A DNA stretch of 64,000 nucleotides from Octopus vulgaris (Eukaryota): the NCBI GenBank assembly GCA_951406725.2, contig OX597815.1, positions 22,878,001 through 22,942,000 of the forward strand, written 5' to 3'. Below the pieces are notes generated by a model. The model saw only the letters and a program-made list of their open reading frames with translations. It did no database searches and had not been told where the DNA came from. The translations under genes and the position numbers were made by a program. Of this stretch, positions 25,947 through 38,190 are shown in pieces (the stretch's first letter is position 1; each line of letters starts with the position of its first letter).

Positions 25947-26166
25947 CCCTTTTGTTACCAACCCAGCTGAAACTGGCTCTGGCTCTGTGGTAAAATGTCT
26001 TGTTTTCATAAGTTTTGAATTAAAATATTCCACCAAGCCTTAGTCACAATTTACTTTCCTAACACTAGCTTAATGATAACTAAGTTATTTTACTAAATTA
26101 TTTGTTATATTTAAAATAATTGAAAGAAACACAGAGCATCTCAAAATAAATACAATAACGAAAAGG
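25947..26166 (+). mobile_element. piggyBac-like MITE (TTAA TSD)
   Basis: ttaa|cccttttgttac ... taacgaaaagg|ttaa. Confidence 0.85.
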
Positions 26167-26271
26167 TTAACTATGTTACTGTTTTTTCCATGAGTTTATG
26201 GACTCATTTATTGGAACAGACGACCTTCCTTGTGATTCCATTTAATTCAATTTTATTTATAGTTGAATTAA

Positions 26272-26481
26272 CCCTTTCGTTACTGTATTTATTTTGAGAT
26301 GTTCTGTGTTTCTTTCAATTACTTTAAATATAACAAGGAATTTAGTAAAAGAACTTAGTTATCATTCAGCTAGTATTAGGAACATAAATTGTGATTAAGG
26401 TTTGGTGGAAGATTTTAATTCAAAACTTTTGAAAACAGGACATTTGTACTCAGAACCAGAGCCAGATTGGTAACAAAAGGG
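26272..26481 (-). mobile_element. piggyBac-like MITE, inverted copy of 25947-26166
   Basis: ttaa|ccctttcgttac ... gtaacaaaaggg|ttaa; body is reverse complement of the neighbour. Confidence 0.85.
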
Positions 26482-26717
26482 TTAAATGGCGGGACCTGTT
26501 CAGATTAATGTGGCTAATGTTTCATTTCACTTTCTATAACTGATGTATGCAGGTTGGTTAAGCCAAAATTCTAGTTCTGCAAGAACATTGATAGTCAGGA
26601 ATTGAGAACAAGCAGGGCTATGTGAAATGATTAGCAACAAAATTTTGGTGGATCCTCTACTTGGCAGTTCTACCTGGTGTTTGAGAGTCAGAGATATCAT
26701 GGAGTCAGTGAAGTCTG

Positions 26718-27000
26718 AGGATGGGAAACTACCACCTGTATCATCTCTTGTGAAAGGTAGGAGAGACCAGTTTGCTGGACATTGTTGTACAGCTGAAAAC
26801 GAGGTAATTTCCACTCTTCTCCTCTGGAAGCCATCTGCTCGTGATACCAGAGGGCACACACCCCCTACCCTGATGTAATCTCCAGGGATACAGGCATCCA
26901 GCAACAGGACTTCCGTAATGCTATGATGGACCGTGAAGTCTGGTGTAGCATAGTAAATTCCATTGTCTCAACCACGGTCAAACAATGATGATGATGATGA
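26718..27000 (+). mobile_element. RTE-clade LINE 3' fragment (same family as 40968-41390)
   Basis: GKLPPVSSLVKGRRDQFAGHC..LLLWKPS..RG; (GAT)n tail. Confidence 0.85.
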
Positions 27001-27119
27001 GGATGTGCTTGCAGTCTCTCCTCTGTAAAGACCATTGTATAGTGAAGAATCACAGTGAAGGACAGAACACAATGGATCTAGTGAAGCAAACTGTCTGCCG
27101 GTGATGTAGTCCTTAGGTA

Positions 27120-28262
27120 TAACATCTACTTCCAAGGCATTGCCTTAGAACAGGTCACCAAGTCTAAATACTTGGGTATTATCATAGACCAATCAGGAGA
27201 AGGATGCCATAAAATAAGAGCAGGACACAAGACAGCAAGATCAACTTTAACCCCTTGACGCCGGTATTACTCAAAGCATACGAGACACTGCTCCGGTTTT
27301 TTTTTATCTAATGAGACCACACAAACACACAAGTGCCAACGAGCTCGCGTCTATTTACGTTCACCGTTACAATAACACAGTGTCATGCATTTACATCTAC
27401 CGGTTTATGAAAACAAACTATATGAAACTATTTATCATAATATAATATGCACGAGTTATTCTGTTCAAGTTCAAAAAATTGCTTGCATGTGGTACAACTC
27501 AAAACACAGCATTATACATGTAAAGTATCCGCATGTCATTGGTCTACTGCTAGTCTCATGACTTGAACTTAATCTAAAATAGCAAAGATAATGCACGGGA
27601 CGGTGAGCACGTGCACCTCAAGAGATAAAGCACACAACAGCGAACATAAACATATGTCAGCCACTAAAAAGTCCATGATAGATGTAGGGCAGCTCTACAT
27701 TGTATATTTATGTTAACCATGGGTAGGCAAGCAAAAGTGTGATCACATATCTGTGTCAAGCGTTGTCAATGGGTTAAAATCACTTATTACAATCAAGAAA
27801 GACAAATCTCTTAAGAATATCAAAGTAAAGCTCTTAAAGACATTAATCTGGCCTGTTGTTCTGTATTAATGTGAAATCTGGGCCCTAAGTGTAAATGACA
27901 CTACCAAACTTAAAACATTTGAAACACCTTGCTACAAAGGAGTATTGAGGATCAGCTGGGCTATCATACAAACAGATCTGTACTTGAGCAAATGGGAACA
28001 GAAAGAGAATTTTTGGCAACTGTCAGAAAGAGAAAGCTGCAGTATTTTAGACATGTCATCAGGGCTCAAAACTTCAGCACTTATATCCTGGAGAGAAGAA
28101 TGTAGTGGGAAATGAGGATGAAAAAAGATGAAAAAGACATTAGGTAGATGACATCAAAGAATGAACTGGAAGGCCCCTGGCTGGGTGCACAACCATGGCC
28201 AGAGACAGATACTGATGGAAAGAGATAATGCATGTGCCAGTGGCCCCTGACTCTCAGTAATA
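27120..28262 (+). mobile_element. RTE/BovB-type LINE relic, split by a piggyBac-like insertion
   Basis: LEQVTKSKYLGIII..IKVKLLKTLIWPVVLY*CEIWAL..FETPCYKGVLRISW..VRKRKLQYFRHVIR; frame continues across the TTAA insertion site. Confidence 0.85.
27251..27773. mobile_element. piggyBac-like non-autonomous element
   Basis: ttaa|ccccttgacg ... tgtcaatggg|ttaa. Confidence 0.8.
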
Positions 28263-28747
28263 AGGATGGAAATATGTAAAGCATGGTGCATGCAGGAATA
28301 ATGTTGACCTTGAGGCAATTCCAAAAAGGTTGCAATTTGAGGAGGATTGATTGGAAAAAGTAATAAGAGTTAGGTTTGTGATGTCATATACAGTAAAAAT
28401 GGTAAGAGTTCTGGAGTGCACAGTTAATTTAGTTCTAGTCCTTTCTCTTGACATATAGCTTGTTGATTATACATGAATACTTCTGACAATGTTTCAAGCC
28501 CTGAATTTTACTACCCCTCCCTTCCTAGGCTATGTTGTACAATTTGTCGATGAGTCTTAATGATAAAATATTCATTTTACTAAAGAAATAATAAAAATTA
28601 CAGAGTCAAGGAAAACTTTTAGTTCCCCAACAGTTGTGATATTTGATATTTCAAGAGTAGGGAGAAAAAAGAAAAACCCAAGATTTTAAATAAGCTTGCA
28701 ACAATTTGTGTTGACCAAAGAAAAAAAAAGGCTATTCATATCCCTTC

Positions 28748-28950
28748 GTCATCATCATCATCGTTTAACGTCCGCTTTCCATGCTAGCATGGGTTGGACG
28801 ATTTTGACCGAGGACTGGCAAACCAGATGGCTACCAGGCTCCAGTCTTGATCTGGCAGAGTTTCTACAGCTAGATGCCCTTCCTAACGCCAACCACTCCG
28901 AGAGCGTAGTGGGTGCTTTTTACGTGCCACCGGCATGAGAGTCAGTCAGA
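28748..28950 (-). mobile_element. Retroposon family C
   Basis: (cat)n cgtttaacgtccgctttccatgctagcatggg.. Confidence 0.85.
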
Positions 28951-29030
28951 CAGTATTAAATTACAAATTTTATTCCCAATAAAAGTTATTGTTAGGTAAA
29001 AATTTAGAAGTTCAAAACTATATATCTTAC

Positions 29031-29183
29031 TACATGCCATTTGAAATTTATCACTAACGAGTTAGCGTTAAAAAGCATCAGAGTATTTGCTCCACCAATT
29101 CCTGTAGAGAATAATCCAAATTTTGCAAAAGTCATTTTATCCTCGCAAAATTTACCAGCTGTAAAACTTTCCATCAAAGCTAC
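29031..29183 (-). CDS. Candidate 153-nt internal exon (VALMESFTAGKFCEDKMTFAKFGLFSTGIGGANTLMLFNANSLVINFKWHV); product unknown
   Basis: gttgttttag|GTA...GTA|gtaaga; length multiple of 3; only one minus-strand frame open; a plus-strand frame is also open, so strand is not certain. Confidence 0.55.
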
Positions 29184-30554
29184 CTAAAACAACTATATAT
29201 AAAATAATATCTTTCTTCAAAAATAAAAGGATAAGATAGCAAAATGTAACACAGTATACAATTTAGATGCAACCCTGACATATTTTGGTTGCTGTTCTGT
29301 AACTCTGACTGAACAGACCTACAGCAGAGAAGTAGTTAATGAAACAATTATATGCAATCTACAGATTCAATACACGAGATCATGCCACAGCATAACTAAG
29401 GACTGCAATATGCACTCTAGTAAGCAATAGTTTATTATATGAATCATGATGTTATGTCTTATTGTTTATATGTGCTTTTACACATATAAGATGTGTAGGA
29501 GGCCACTACAAAGTGAACTGTCAAAATGCAACAGTTGCTGTTCCTCTGCATTTATTTCTAGCATTAGCCCAACGATATTTGATATTAACGAAGTTGTTCA
29601 TGCTGACATTATTTGTGCATTTTATGCATTTTGTTTGTGTAGGTGATTAGTGTCCTTGAGAGAGCATACTGGATGCTTTTAATGCGTTGCACCAGCACCA
29701 GAGAGATGCCATGTCCTTGACAAGATTAAAAGGACTACACAACCTCACACTTTACAGAATGTACAGAGTGCATTTTTTTAAGGTAACAGCACTAGAGAGA
29801 TAGCCATATCCTCAACATAACCAAAGGAACCTCATGATTCCACATCACAGTTCACTCACCAGCCTCTTTACAGAGTCAGAGATGAAAGTTTGAAGCATGA
29901 ATGACAATAATGAGAAGGATGAGTGATACGAATACTTAGTATTCTGAGATATCCCTCTCTCTCTTTCGGAGAGGCACTGAGCAGCTATACGCACACATAC
30001 ACACACGGCAGTAACTTCCACCTACTTAATTCAATCACAAAGCTCCGGTCGGCTCGGGGCTATAGTGGAAGACACCTACCCAGAGTGCCACGCAGTGGGA
30101 CTGAACCCGAAACCATGTAGCTAGGAAGCAAGCTCCCTAACCACACAGCCATAGGGTCATAATAGAAGGCAATATGACTTGGGAGATGGAGTGATGAGAG
30201 AAATAAGGTAAATGGAAGAAAGAGTGAAAATGTAAAGGAGACAGGTAGTATAGGAGATGGAACTGAAAGAAGCTGTACAAAGTACAACTGCTTTAATGTA
30301 ATCTCCTATCATAGGTTTCAAGATAGACTGGAAAGGTCACACGCTGTGGAAGGTAGCAGGGGGAGTGTGTCTATGTGATTAATAGCACCTTTTACATATC
30401 CAAATATTTTTTCTTTATTTGTATTTTGTTTCATTGTTTTATTTATTGTGAATTTTTGCAAACAAATTTAGAGCCCAGGATGACATGACATGATAATGCA
30501 CGACGGTTCTCGTATATTATTTGCACACTTGTTTCATTTCTTAAAAAGAAAGAA

Positions 30555-30802
30555 ACATGAATTTTGATAAAACTGATAAATGCCGAGCAATGCAAGTAAT
30601 TAAGTTCAAAGTAAACTTGATTTCTGCTAACTCATGAAAGAACAGAACATAAAAGCAACTTAATTAAGAATACATTGAAGCTCAGTCCTGTATCATACCA
30701 AAAGTAAGGTCAAGTGAATGTGTGAATTGGCAGAAATCAAGTTTACTTTGAAGTTAATTCTTTGCATTGTTTGTCATCTCTTAGATTTATCAAAATTCAT
30801 GA
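30555..30802. repeat. Degenerate fold-back (~80-bp arms)
   Basis: catgaattttgataaa..ttcaaagtaaacttgatttctgc / gcagaaatcaagtttactttgaa..tttatcaaaattcatg. Confidence 0.8.
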
Positions 30803-30829
30803 TTCTCCCGTTTTGAAAAACAATACAAA

Positions 30830-31200
30830 TATTCTTTTAATCTTTTACTTGTTTCAGTCATTTGACTGCAGCCATGCTGGAGCACTGCCTTTAGTCAAAC
30901 AAATTGAGCCCTAGCACTTATTCTATCGGTCTCTTTTGACAAACTGCTAAGTTACGGAGACATAAACATGCCAACATCAGATGTCAAGCGATGGTGGGTG
31001 GCCAAACACAGACACACAAACATGTGTGTGTGTATGTGTGTGTGTGATGGGCTTCTTTAAATTTCCATCTACCAAATCCACTCACAAGGCTTTGGTCAGC
31101 CAGAGGCTGCAGTAGAAGACACTTACCCAAGGTGTCACACAGTGGGACTGAACTCGGAACCATGTAGTTGGGAAGCAAGCTTCTTACCACACAGCCATGC
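30830..31200 (-). mobile_element. SINE family A
   Basis: Reverse match, CpG-decayed. Confidence 0.9.
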
Positions 31201-31614
31201 CAGAGCATACACACCTGCGCATATATACAGTCATGCACAGCCACAATCAACTTTATCAAGTGTTACTTTTTCGTACAAACTTAGGTTCTGAATGCCTTCT
31301 TTCCATTTGTATTCAATTTCTAATTCTAATTTTTTTCAAGAATACTATGCAACATTTTAGGTTTCATTTTCTAGAAATTTTAAATTATAACAAAGACTGT
31401 AACTTCAAATTAAGAAAAGTTCTAAGAATCAAATCTCCAAACAGAGACTAGCATCTATTATGATGTCTCCCAGTGGTTAACACAGGATCAATAAACATCA
31501 ATATCTTGCATAAAATTAAACTGTATCCATCACTTACATACATCTCACAATGTTAAGTGTTCATCCACGTTCAAGGTAAGAGACAAATTGAATAGATCAT
31601 GCAATGACAATAGG

Positions 31615-32290
31615 AAACCTGCTTGCATTTCACACAAACCAATAACAGAATTGCATACATATCATGCAAACCAATAACTGAACTGAATACAGTTCACCAA
31701 ACCAACAACTGAAATACATATAATTCAAACAAAGGTAACTAAAATACAACATAATTTCATACATCAGTAACTGATTCATAAACCCTTCACTTAACATCAA
31801 TAATTTAACTGCATACATTTCATACATCAATACTTAAACAGCATGCATCTTGCAACATCAATAGGTTACTTGCTTACATTCAAATAGCATCAATAGTTGA
31901 CCTGCATACATTTCATATAAACTAATAATTGACCTGCCTGCATCTCACACAAACCAACAACTGATCTGTATATATCTTACACAGCGAGGTCATTGCCAGT
32001 ACCGCCTGACTGGCCCCCGTGCCGGTGGCATGTAAAAAGCACCCACTACACTCTCAGAATGGTTGGAGTTAGGAAGGGCATCCAGCTGTAGAAACTCTGC
32101 CAGATCAAGATTGGAGCCTGATGCGGCCATCTGGTTTGCCAGCCCTCAGTCAAAATCGTCCAACCCATGCTAGCATGGAAAGTGGACATTAAATGATGAT
32201 GAGGAGGAGGAGGATGATATCTCACTTAGATCAACAGCTCATCTGCACACATCTTACACAAACCAACAGTTAACCTGCAATACAGCTCAT
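31615..32290. repeat. Degenerate ~32-bp minisatellite interrupted by a family C retroposon (31984-32200, +)
   Basis: Units such as ctgcatacatttcatataaactaataattgac and ctgcctgcatctcacacaaaccaacaactgat recur on both sides of the insertion. Confidence 0.7.
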
Positions 32291-32809
32291 AAAAATGGCA
32301 ACAGAATATATAAGTGCTTATTCTACAGACTAGAAGTAGTAGCCAAATATCTTTCAAATCACACCCTACTATCACAAACAAGATGAGACACATTGGTAAT
32401 GTAGTCTTAAATATACTATTCCAAAGGAAAGATTAGATGCTCACAGTTAAATATCTTTCATCATAGGTCAGATGGATCCAAATGACCTAGGGTTAAACAA
32501 AAAACTTGCAATATTGAATGTAACTAAAATCTCAGTAGCCCATGATAAAGTAACACTACATACAGATAAAGTAACACTTCAGGTCAGGAACCTGCATGTG
32601 GATGCTTAACTTGCTAAAAATAGCTGTCAAGTCTCCTTTACCATCTTGAGAAAAAACAAAACAACACAATGGATACTGTAGTCTGAGATACACAATGTTC
32701 AAAAGGGAAAATGGAGCCAGTCACAAACACCTTTGGTCATGGGTGTGCTTAATCAGAGATGAAGGGTGACCTGAGGCTAAAAAAGATAGCTCAGAAACAT
32801 ATCTATCTA

Positions 32810-32875
<66 letters not shown>

Positions 32876-33024
32876 ACATGCACATCTTCATAAATATAAT
32901 CATTATTTTACAGAAGAACTGTAAAAAGAAAGAAAATGCTTTACGTTAATAAAATATATGATGAGAAAGTTGGAAAGGAAAATTCTAATTCATAAAAATA
33001 GATAAACCTTTACTAAAGTATATA

Positions 33025-33360
33025 CGACGACGACAAAGAAGAAGAAGAAGAAGGAGAAGAAGAAGAAGAAGAAGAAAAAGAAGAAGGGGCAGGAGACGAA
33101 GAAGATGACGACGAAAAAGAAGGAGAAGAACAAGGAGGAGGAGGAGAAGAAGAAGAAGAAGAAGAATGTGGTGGTGGTGGCGGAAGTGGTGGTGGTGATG
33201 GTGGAGGTGGTGGTGGTGGAAGAGGTGGTGGTGGTGGAAGAGGTGGTGGTGGTGGAAGAGGTGGTGGTGGTGGAAGAGGTGGTGGTGGTGGAAGAGGTGG
33301 TGGTGTGGTGGTGGTGGCGGTGGTGGTGGTGGTGGTGGTGGTGGCAGCGGTAGTGGTAAG
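33025..33360. repeat. (GAA)n then (GGT)n trinucleotide/low-complexity tract; further GGT-rich tracts to ~34000 and 34480-34570
   Basis: Directly visible. Confidence 0.9.
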
Positions 33361-34139
33361 ATGTTGTGACTTTTATCGTAGTACTTTTTGCTCAGAGTCA
33401 GTCACTCTACTCTTCAATGGTTCCAATGAAACGACCTCTAAAATCTCATTTACATCATGTTTCTGTTTTCAATGCTATTTGTATAAGTTTTCACGTATGC
33501 ATCTATATAAAATATCGGGTTTTGTTTTGTGCACAAGTATGTGTTATATGTATGTGTGGTGAATAAGACACACACAATTCTTCAGTCAAAGTACACCGAG
33601 CATATTTCCCTTCCACTAGCTTTACTTCGTGACTAGTGATGGTATGGTGGTGGTGGTGGTGATAGTGGCAGCATAGGTAAAAAAAAAAATGATGGTGATG
33701 CTGGAAGAGGTCGGGGTGGGGTGGGGTGGGGTGGGGGGTAGTGGTAATGTTGGAGGTGATAGCAGCGGCGGCGAAGCAAATGCTAGAAAGAGGTGGAAAG
33801 GTAGTGGTAACAATGAAATGGTATTGTTGCTGCTGGTGGCAGCGCGGCAGTGGTGAAATGATGCTGGAAAAAGGTTGATGGAGGGGGTAATGATAATGGT
33901 ATAGCCAGCAACAACGGTGAGGGTGGGGGGGGTGTTGCCTTAGTCAATGTAGTGATGGTTGTAGTTGATAATGATTGTTGTTGTTGGTGGTGGTGGTGCA
34001 GCTGCCACTGATCAGCTGCAAATCAGTTCTAATCAAGCAGACTTCTGATCAAGACACTCCACCTTTGACCATCTCAACTTTTTAAGTTTTGTTTTTTTTG
34101 TGTATGTTTTTATATATATATATATATATATATAACATG

Positions 34140-34347
34140 TGATCTCTTGAGCACCACCAGCAAAAATATTTTTTTCCTCTGTCTTCCCTTCTCGGGATCT
34201 TTCCTTCTCCTTGTTTCAGACGAAGAGCTCCGCTTGAAACGTTAAACCCTCCTTCTTCCCTTCTTTCCTGAGCGTCAAATAATACTTTAATTGTTCCACG
34301 TCCTCGCGTTGCTGTGTTTTTTTCTGTGTTTTCTTGTTTGGATTAAC
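34140..34347 (+). mobile_element. Solo Penelope-type pLTR-like fragment between (TA)n tracts, splitting a family-E repeat
   Basis: Flanked by (TA)n on both sides; contains a hammerhead-like motif. Confidence 0.6.
34213..34247 (+). ncRNA. Minimal hammerhead ribozyme, core mutated (CAGACGA)
   Basis: gttt CaGACGA a gagc(tcc)gctt GAAAC GTT aaac: stem I gttt/aaac, stem II gagc/gctt, palindromic AACGTT in place of stem III. Confidence 0.6.
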
Positions 34348-35207
34348 TATATATATATATATAGCTAGGTGTATGTAAGAATACATTATCCAATGTCACC
34401 TTTTATTTTTTTTTTTTCAGGAGTGTGATTTAAGAGAGATTTAGTTGTTATTTCTAGCATGATTCTTCATTGGATTGGGACATAGTGGTGGAAGGTAATG
34501 GTAGTAGATGGTGATAGTGAATCCATAGTAGAATCGGTGAAAGTGGTGATGGTGGTAAACAGCAGCGGTAGTAAGAACCAGAAGAAATTTTGTAATTCAA
34601 GTTCTTGCACTGATGTAATGCCACCTTCAAACTTTGAACACTTCCTTCTAATCCCACCTACCCTATACATATCTCCACCACCCACAGATTGCCTGGCAGC
34701 AACCACCCTTTCTACTAAGAAGTCGGTATTATATTATTATTATTATTATTATTACTATGAGGTATTATTTTTCTCTATTTATAGCTTTATTGATCCTTTC
34801 AAATTCTGGCTGCCTAATACAGTGTTTGCATTTTTATCCTTTGGTTTTCTCTTTCGTTTATTTTTTCATTTATTGTAAAAATACTTTACTCTGTGTGTGT
34901 ATAATATTATTCCAAAGTTGAATATCTGATATGCAGCACAGCAACCCTGTACAACATGCTGACATATATCTATCCACTTCCATTCTTCAATACTAATGCT
35001 ACAAGCCCAATTCAAAATACCACAATTAGCAGAAAGCATATCAACATGCTTTACGCTGTTTAGTTCATGCATAACATTATGGTTTCAATCCTGCCAGGGT
35101 CAGTTTCTAGCCTATAACAGCGATGGATACAACTAGCAGTAATATATAATGGACAGTTGATTCAACAGACCATCACTTTACTATTGGCACTTTTATTTTT
35201 ATTTTCT

Positions 35208-35790
35208 ATCGATCGTTTATTGGCCACAAGGGCTAACAAAAATCAATTTAAACATAAAGGGACAAAAGTTACAAAGGGTTTTGTCCGTTTGAAAAAGTCT
35301 GTGTACAAAAGCAGGATAACAACAAAAAATAAGTAACAATTAAAACTCCCAATAGGGGGAGGCGCTTCAAAGGTTACTCGAGAAAAAACCCATAAAAGCC
35401 ACAGGAGCCTGGTCAAAAGGCGGGTAGAGAGCCCATTTCTCCTTTTATATTTCCTTTTAATTCTCACAGGTGTATCCTCAGAATTGGTCCCTTCATACTG
35501 GCTATTCTTGCAACATTCACCCACCTTTCAATAAACTTGCTACCAGACATCACTTCCCTCTCTACTCTCATCTTCCTTTTCAAGTGAAACTTGAAAAAGT
35601 TGATGAGGCCTTGGCCAAAGAGGAAAGTGTCTGACCTTAGCCCTTTCAAACGGGTCCACCATATCACCTCTTTCGCTACAGCCACTAGGCAAAGGAAAAC
35701 TGCCTTGCCCTTCCGGTTAAAGGAAGTCAATCCTCACTATGGATTCAGCTGATAGCCGGATCCGTCCTATACGCAATAATAGCCAGCAAT
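35208..35790 (-). mobile_element. L1/Tx1-clade LINE 3' end
   Basis: ORF 35464-35730 (FLCLVAVAKEVIWWTRLKG..FIERW) resembles Tx1 ORF2 C-terminus; 3'UTR ending near AATAAA. Confidence 0.65.
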
Positions 35791-36169
35791 CACGAATATA
35801 GCACCTATCTATGGACACAGTACCTCTAGGCCTCCATAAGCGCATGTTATACACTAACTGCCCAATACTGATCAGCCAAGCTAGTCACAACATGCAGGTG
35901 ATATACATCAGCCCACAGTCAACCCCACTATTCAATAGGTATTTATTTTATCAACCAAGGAAGATGAAAAGAAAGTCTCCCTTGCTGGAATTTGAACTCA
36001 GAACCATAACTGTATGGCACACAGCGTTTTGTATGACATGCTAACAATTCTGAAAACTCACTACCAATTGGTACTGATTTAAGTACTTATAGCATTTAGT
36101 GTCTAATTGACTGAAACATTTAATACGCTCATTTAAAGGGATTTTTGAAAAATGAAGGTGCTTTAGATG

Positions 36170-36330
36170 CAAACATGGCTGTGAAGTAAGAAGATAGCTT
36201 CTCAACCACATGGTTCTCTGGATTCAGTCCCACAAGCAAGAACCCTGAGCAAGTGTCTTCTACTGTAGCCCTGAGCCAACAAAAAACCTTTTGAGTGAAT
36301 TTGGTACACGGAAACTGAAAGAAGCCTGTC

Positions 36331-36391
<61 letters not shown>

Positions 36392-36520
36392 TGTCTGTCT
36401 GTCCCCTCACTTGGCATCCAGTGTTGGTTTGTTTACATCCTCATAACTTAGCAGTTCAGTAAAAGAGACTGATAGGATAAATAGGATAGTTACAGTCCAT
36501 TGACTGAAACAAGTAAAAGA
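36170..36520 (+). mobile_element. SINE family A (old) with (GT)n; old family-B copies follow at ~36670-37110 (-)
   Basis: Diverged match. Confidence 0.8.
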
Positions 36521-37369
36521 TGCTTAAATTCAAAGCAAAAATTCTTGCAATTTTTGATATGATCTTATAGTAAGTTTTTCTGTGAATCAAATTCAAAATC
36601 CAAATTTTATCCACTTTCTATTTGAGAAAAGACATTCTGTTACAAATTTCCTGAGGAAAATATAAGAAATAATAATGGTTTCCAATTTAGGCACAGGGCC
36701 AGTAATTTTGAAGGAAGTGGGTTAATTGATAGCTACAACCCCAATTCCTGACCAGTACTTTTAGAGAGGTGAAATGCAAAGTTGACCTTCAGCAGGAACT
36801 GGACTTAGAACGTAAAGAATTAAATACACCAAAGCAAATTGTTCCACACTCTAATTATTCTGCCAGCTCACTACTCTACTCTTAGTAATAGTAACAGTAA
36901 TAACAGTTTCAAATTCAGTAAGTTCAAGGGAGGAGGTAAGTTGAGTACATCAACCCCAGTGCTCACCCGGTACTTATTTTATTGACCCAAATAGGATGAA
37001 AGGCAAAGCTGACCTCAGCAGAATTTGAACTCAGAACATACAGATAGATGAAATGCTGCTAAACATTTTGCCTGACGTGTGCTAACGATTCTGCCAGCTC
37101 ACCACCTCAAATAGTAAGTAACAGTATCAATATTCCCATTTCCCTTCTATTGAAATGCGAGATTTTATGCTCAATCAATTAGAATTCATCATATGTTGTA
37201 ATACTAGGAACAGAAATGGTAGAATGCCAGACTAAATGCCTATGATATTTCTATATAGGTAATATGAGAGTTGCACAAACACACACAAGTTCAAAATACC
37301 AAATTGTCTATCATGCATTTAAAATCTTATAGAGAGGTGAAAATAATTTTTAAAATATGCTGAATCAAA

Positions 37370-37672
37370 TCTTTATATATAAAAGTGAAGTTGTGTGCTG
37401 TCTGTCTCCTACGATTTCGATTCCTAACTACTCCCACATTTTGCGGTGCATTTTAACCAAAAGCGGGTATCTTATAGTTGTGATTCATAACGAGCCCTTC
37501 TGGGTATTAGCGCGCGTCTATGATGAGTCTACGATTTCAAAAAAAATTTACCATCGTTTTTTTCCCATTTTTAATGCATTTTTTTGCTATTATATAAGGG
37601 AAGTAACTCTCTAAAAATGCTTATATAGTTATTTCCCTTACAAACCCGAGCAATGCCGGGCGATACTGCTAG
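37370..37672 (+). mobile_element. Non-autonomous Helitron
   Basis: A|TCtttatatataaaag ... cccgagcaatgccggg..CTAG|T; same family as 63074-63470. Confidence 0.9.
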
Positions 37673-37949
37673 TATATTATAAAATTTCCTTACAGTAATT
37701 TCCTCTCAACCTAGATTGTGGCTAAAAACTGGTTTTAGTTGTTCTATTATTTCATATAGATAGGATACCACTCACAGCAACATAAAACTTCAAATGGACT
37801 ACCACCAGAATATACAAAAACAGAATGAACAGATGGAAAGCACAGCAACAAGCCAGGACAACCATAATGCATACCCTGTATAGTGAACCACTTCATGTCA
37901 GACTACATAATATGGCCCGCCACCACATACAAGTAATAAATCATTGCTT

Positions 37950-38190
37950 TTCTATATCTCTTTCTTTACTACCCACAAGGGGCTCAACACAGAGAGGACA
38001 AACAATGACAGACAAACAGATTAAGTCGATCATATCAACCCCAGTACGTAACTGGTACTTATTTAATCAACCCCGAAAGGATGAAAGGCAAAGTCGACCT
38101 CGGCGGAACTTGAACTCAGAACGTAGCGGCAGACGAAATACTGATAAGCATTTCGCCCGGCATGCTAACGATTCTGCCAGCTCACCGCCT
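37950..38190 (-). mobile_element. SINE family B
   Basis: Reverse match. Confidence 0.9.

Noticed and set aside
31615-32290. Possible CRISPR-like array
   Set aside because: Contiguous degenerate units with no constant repeat/unique spacer structure; no cas genes; eukaryotic context
33105-33562. Poly-K/E/V/W ORFs
   Set aside because: Products of (GAA)n and (GGT)n tracts; no splice context
34866-35072. Minus-strand ORF MHELNSVKHV..
   Set aside because: In-frame stop between the nearest acceptor and the ORF, and no convincing donor
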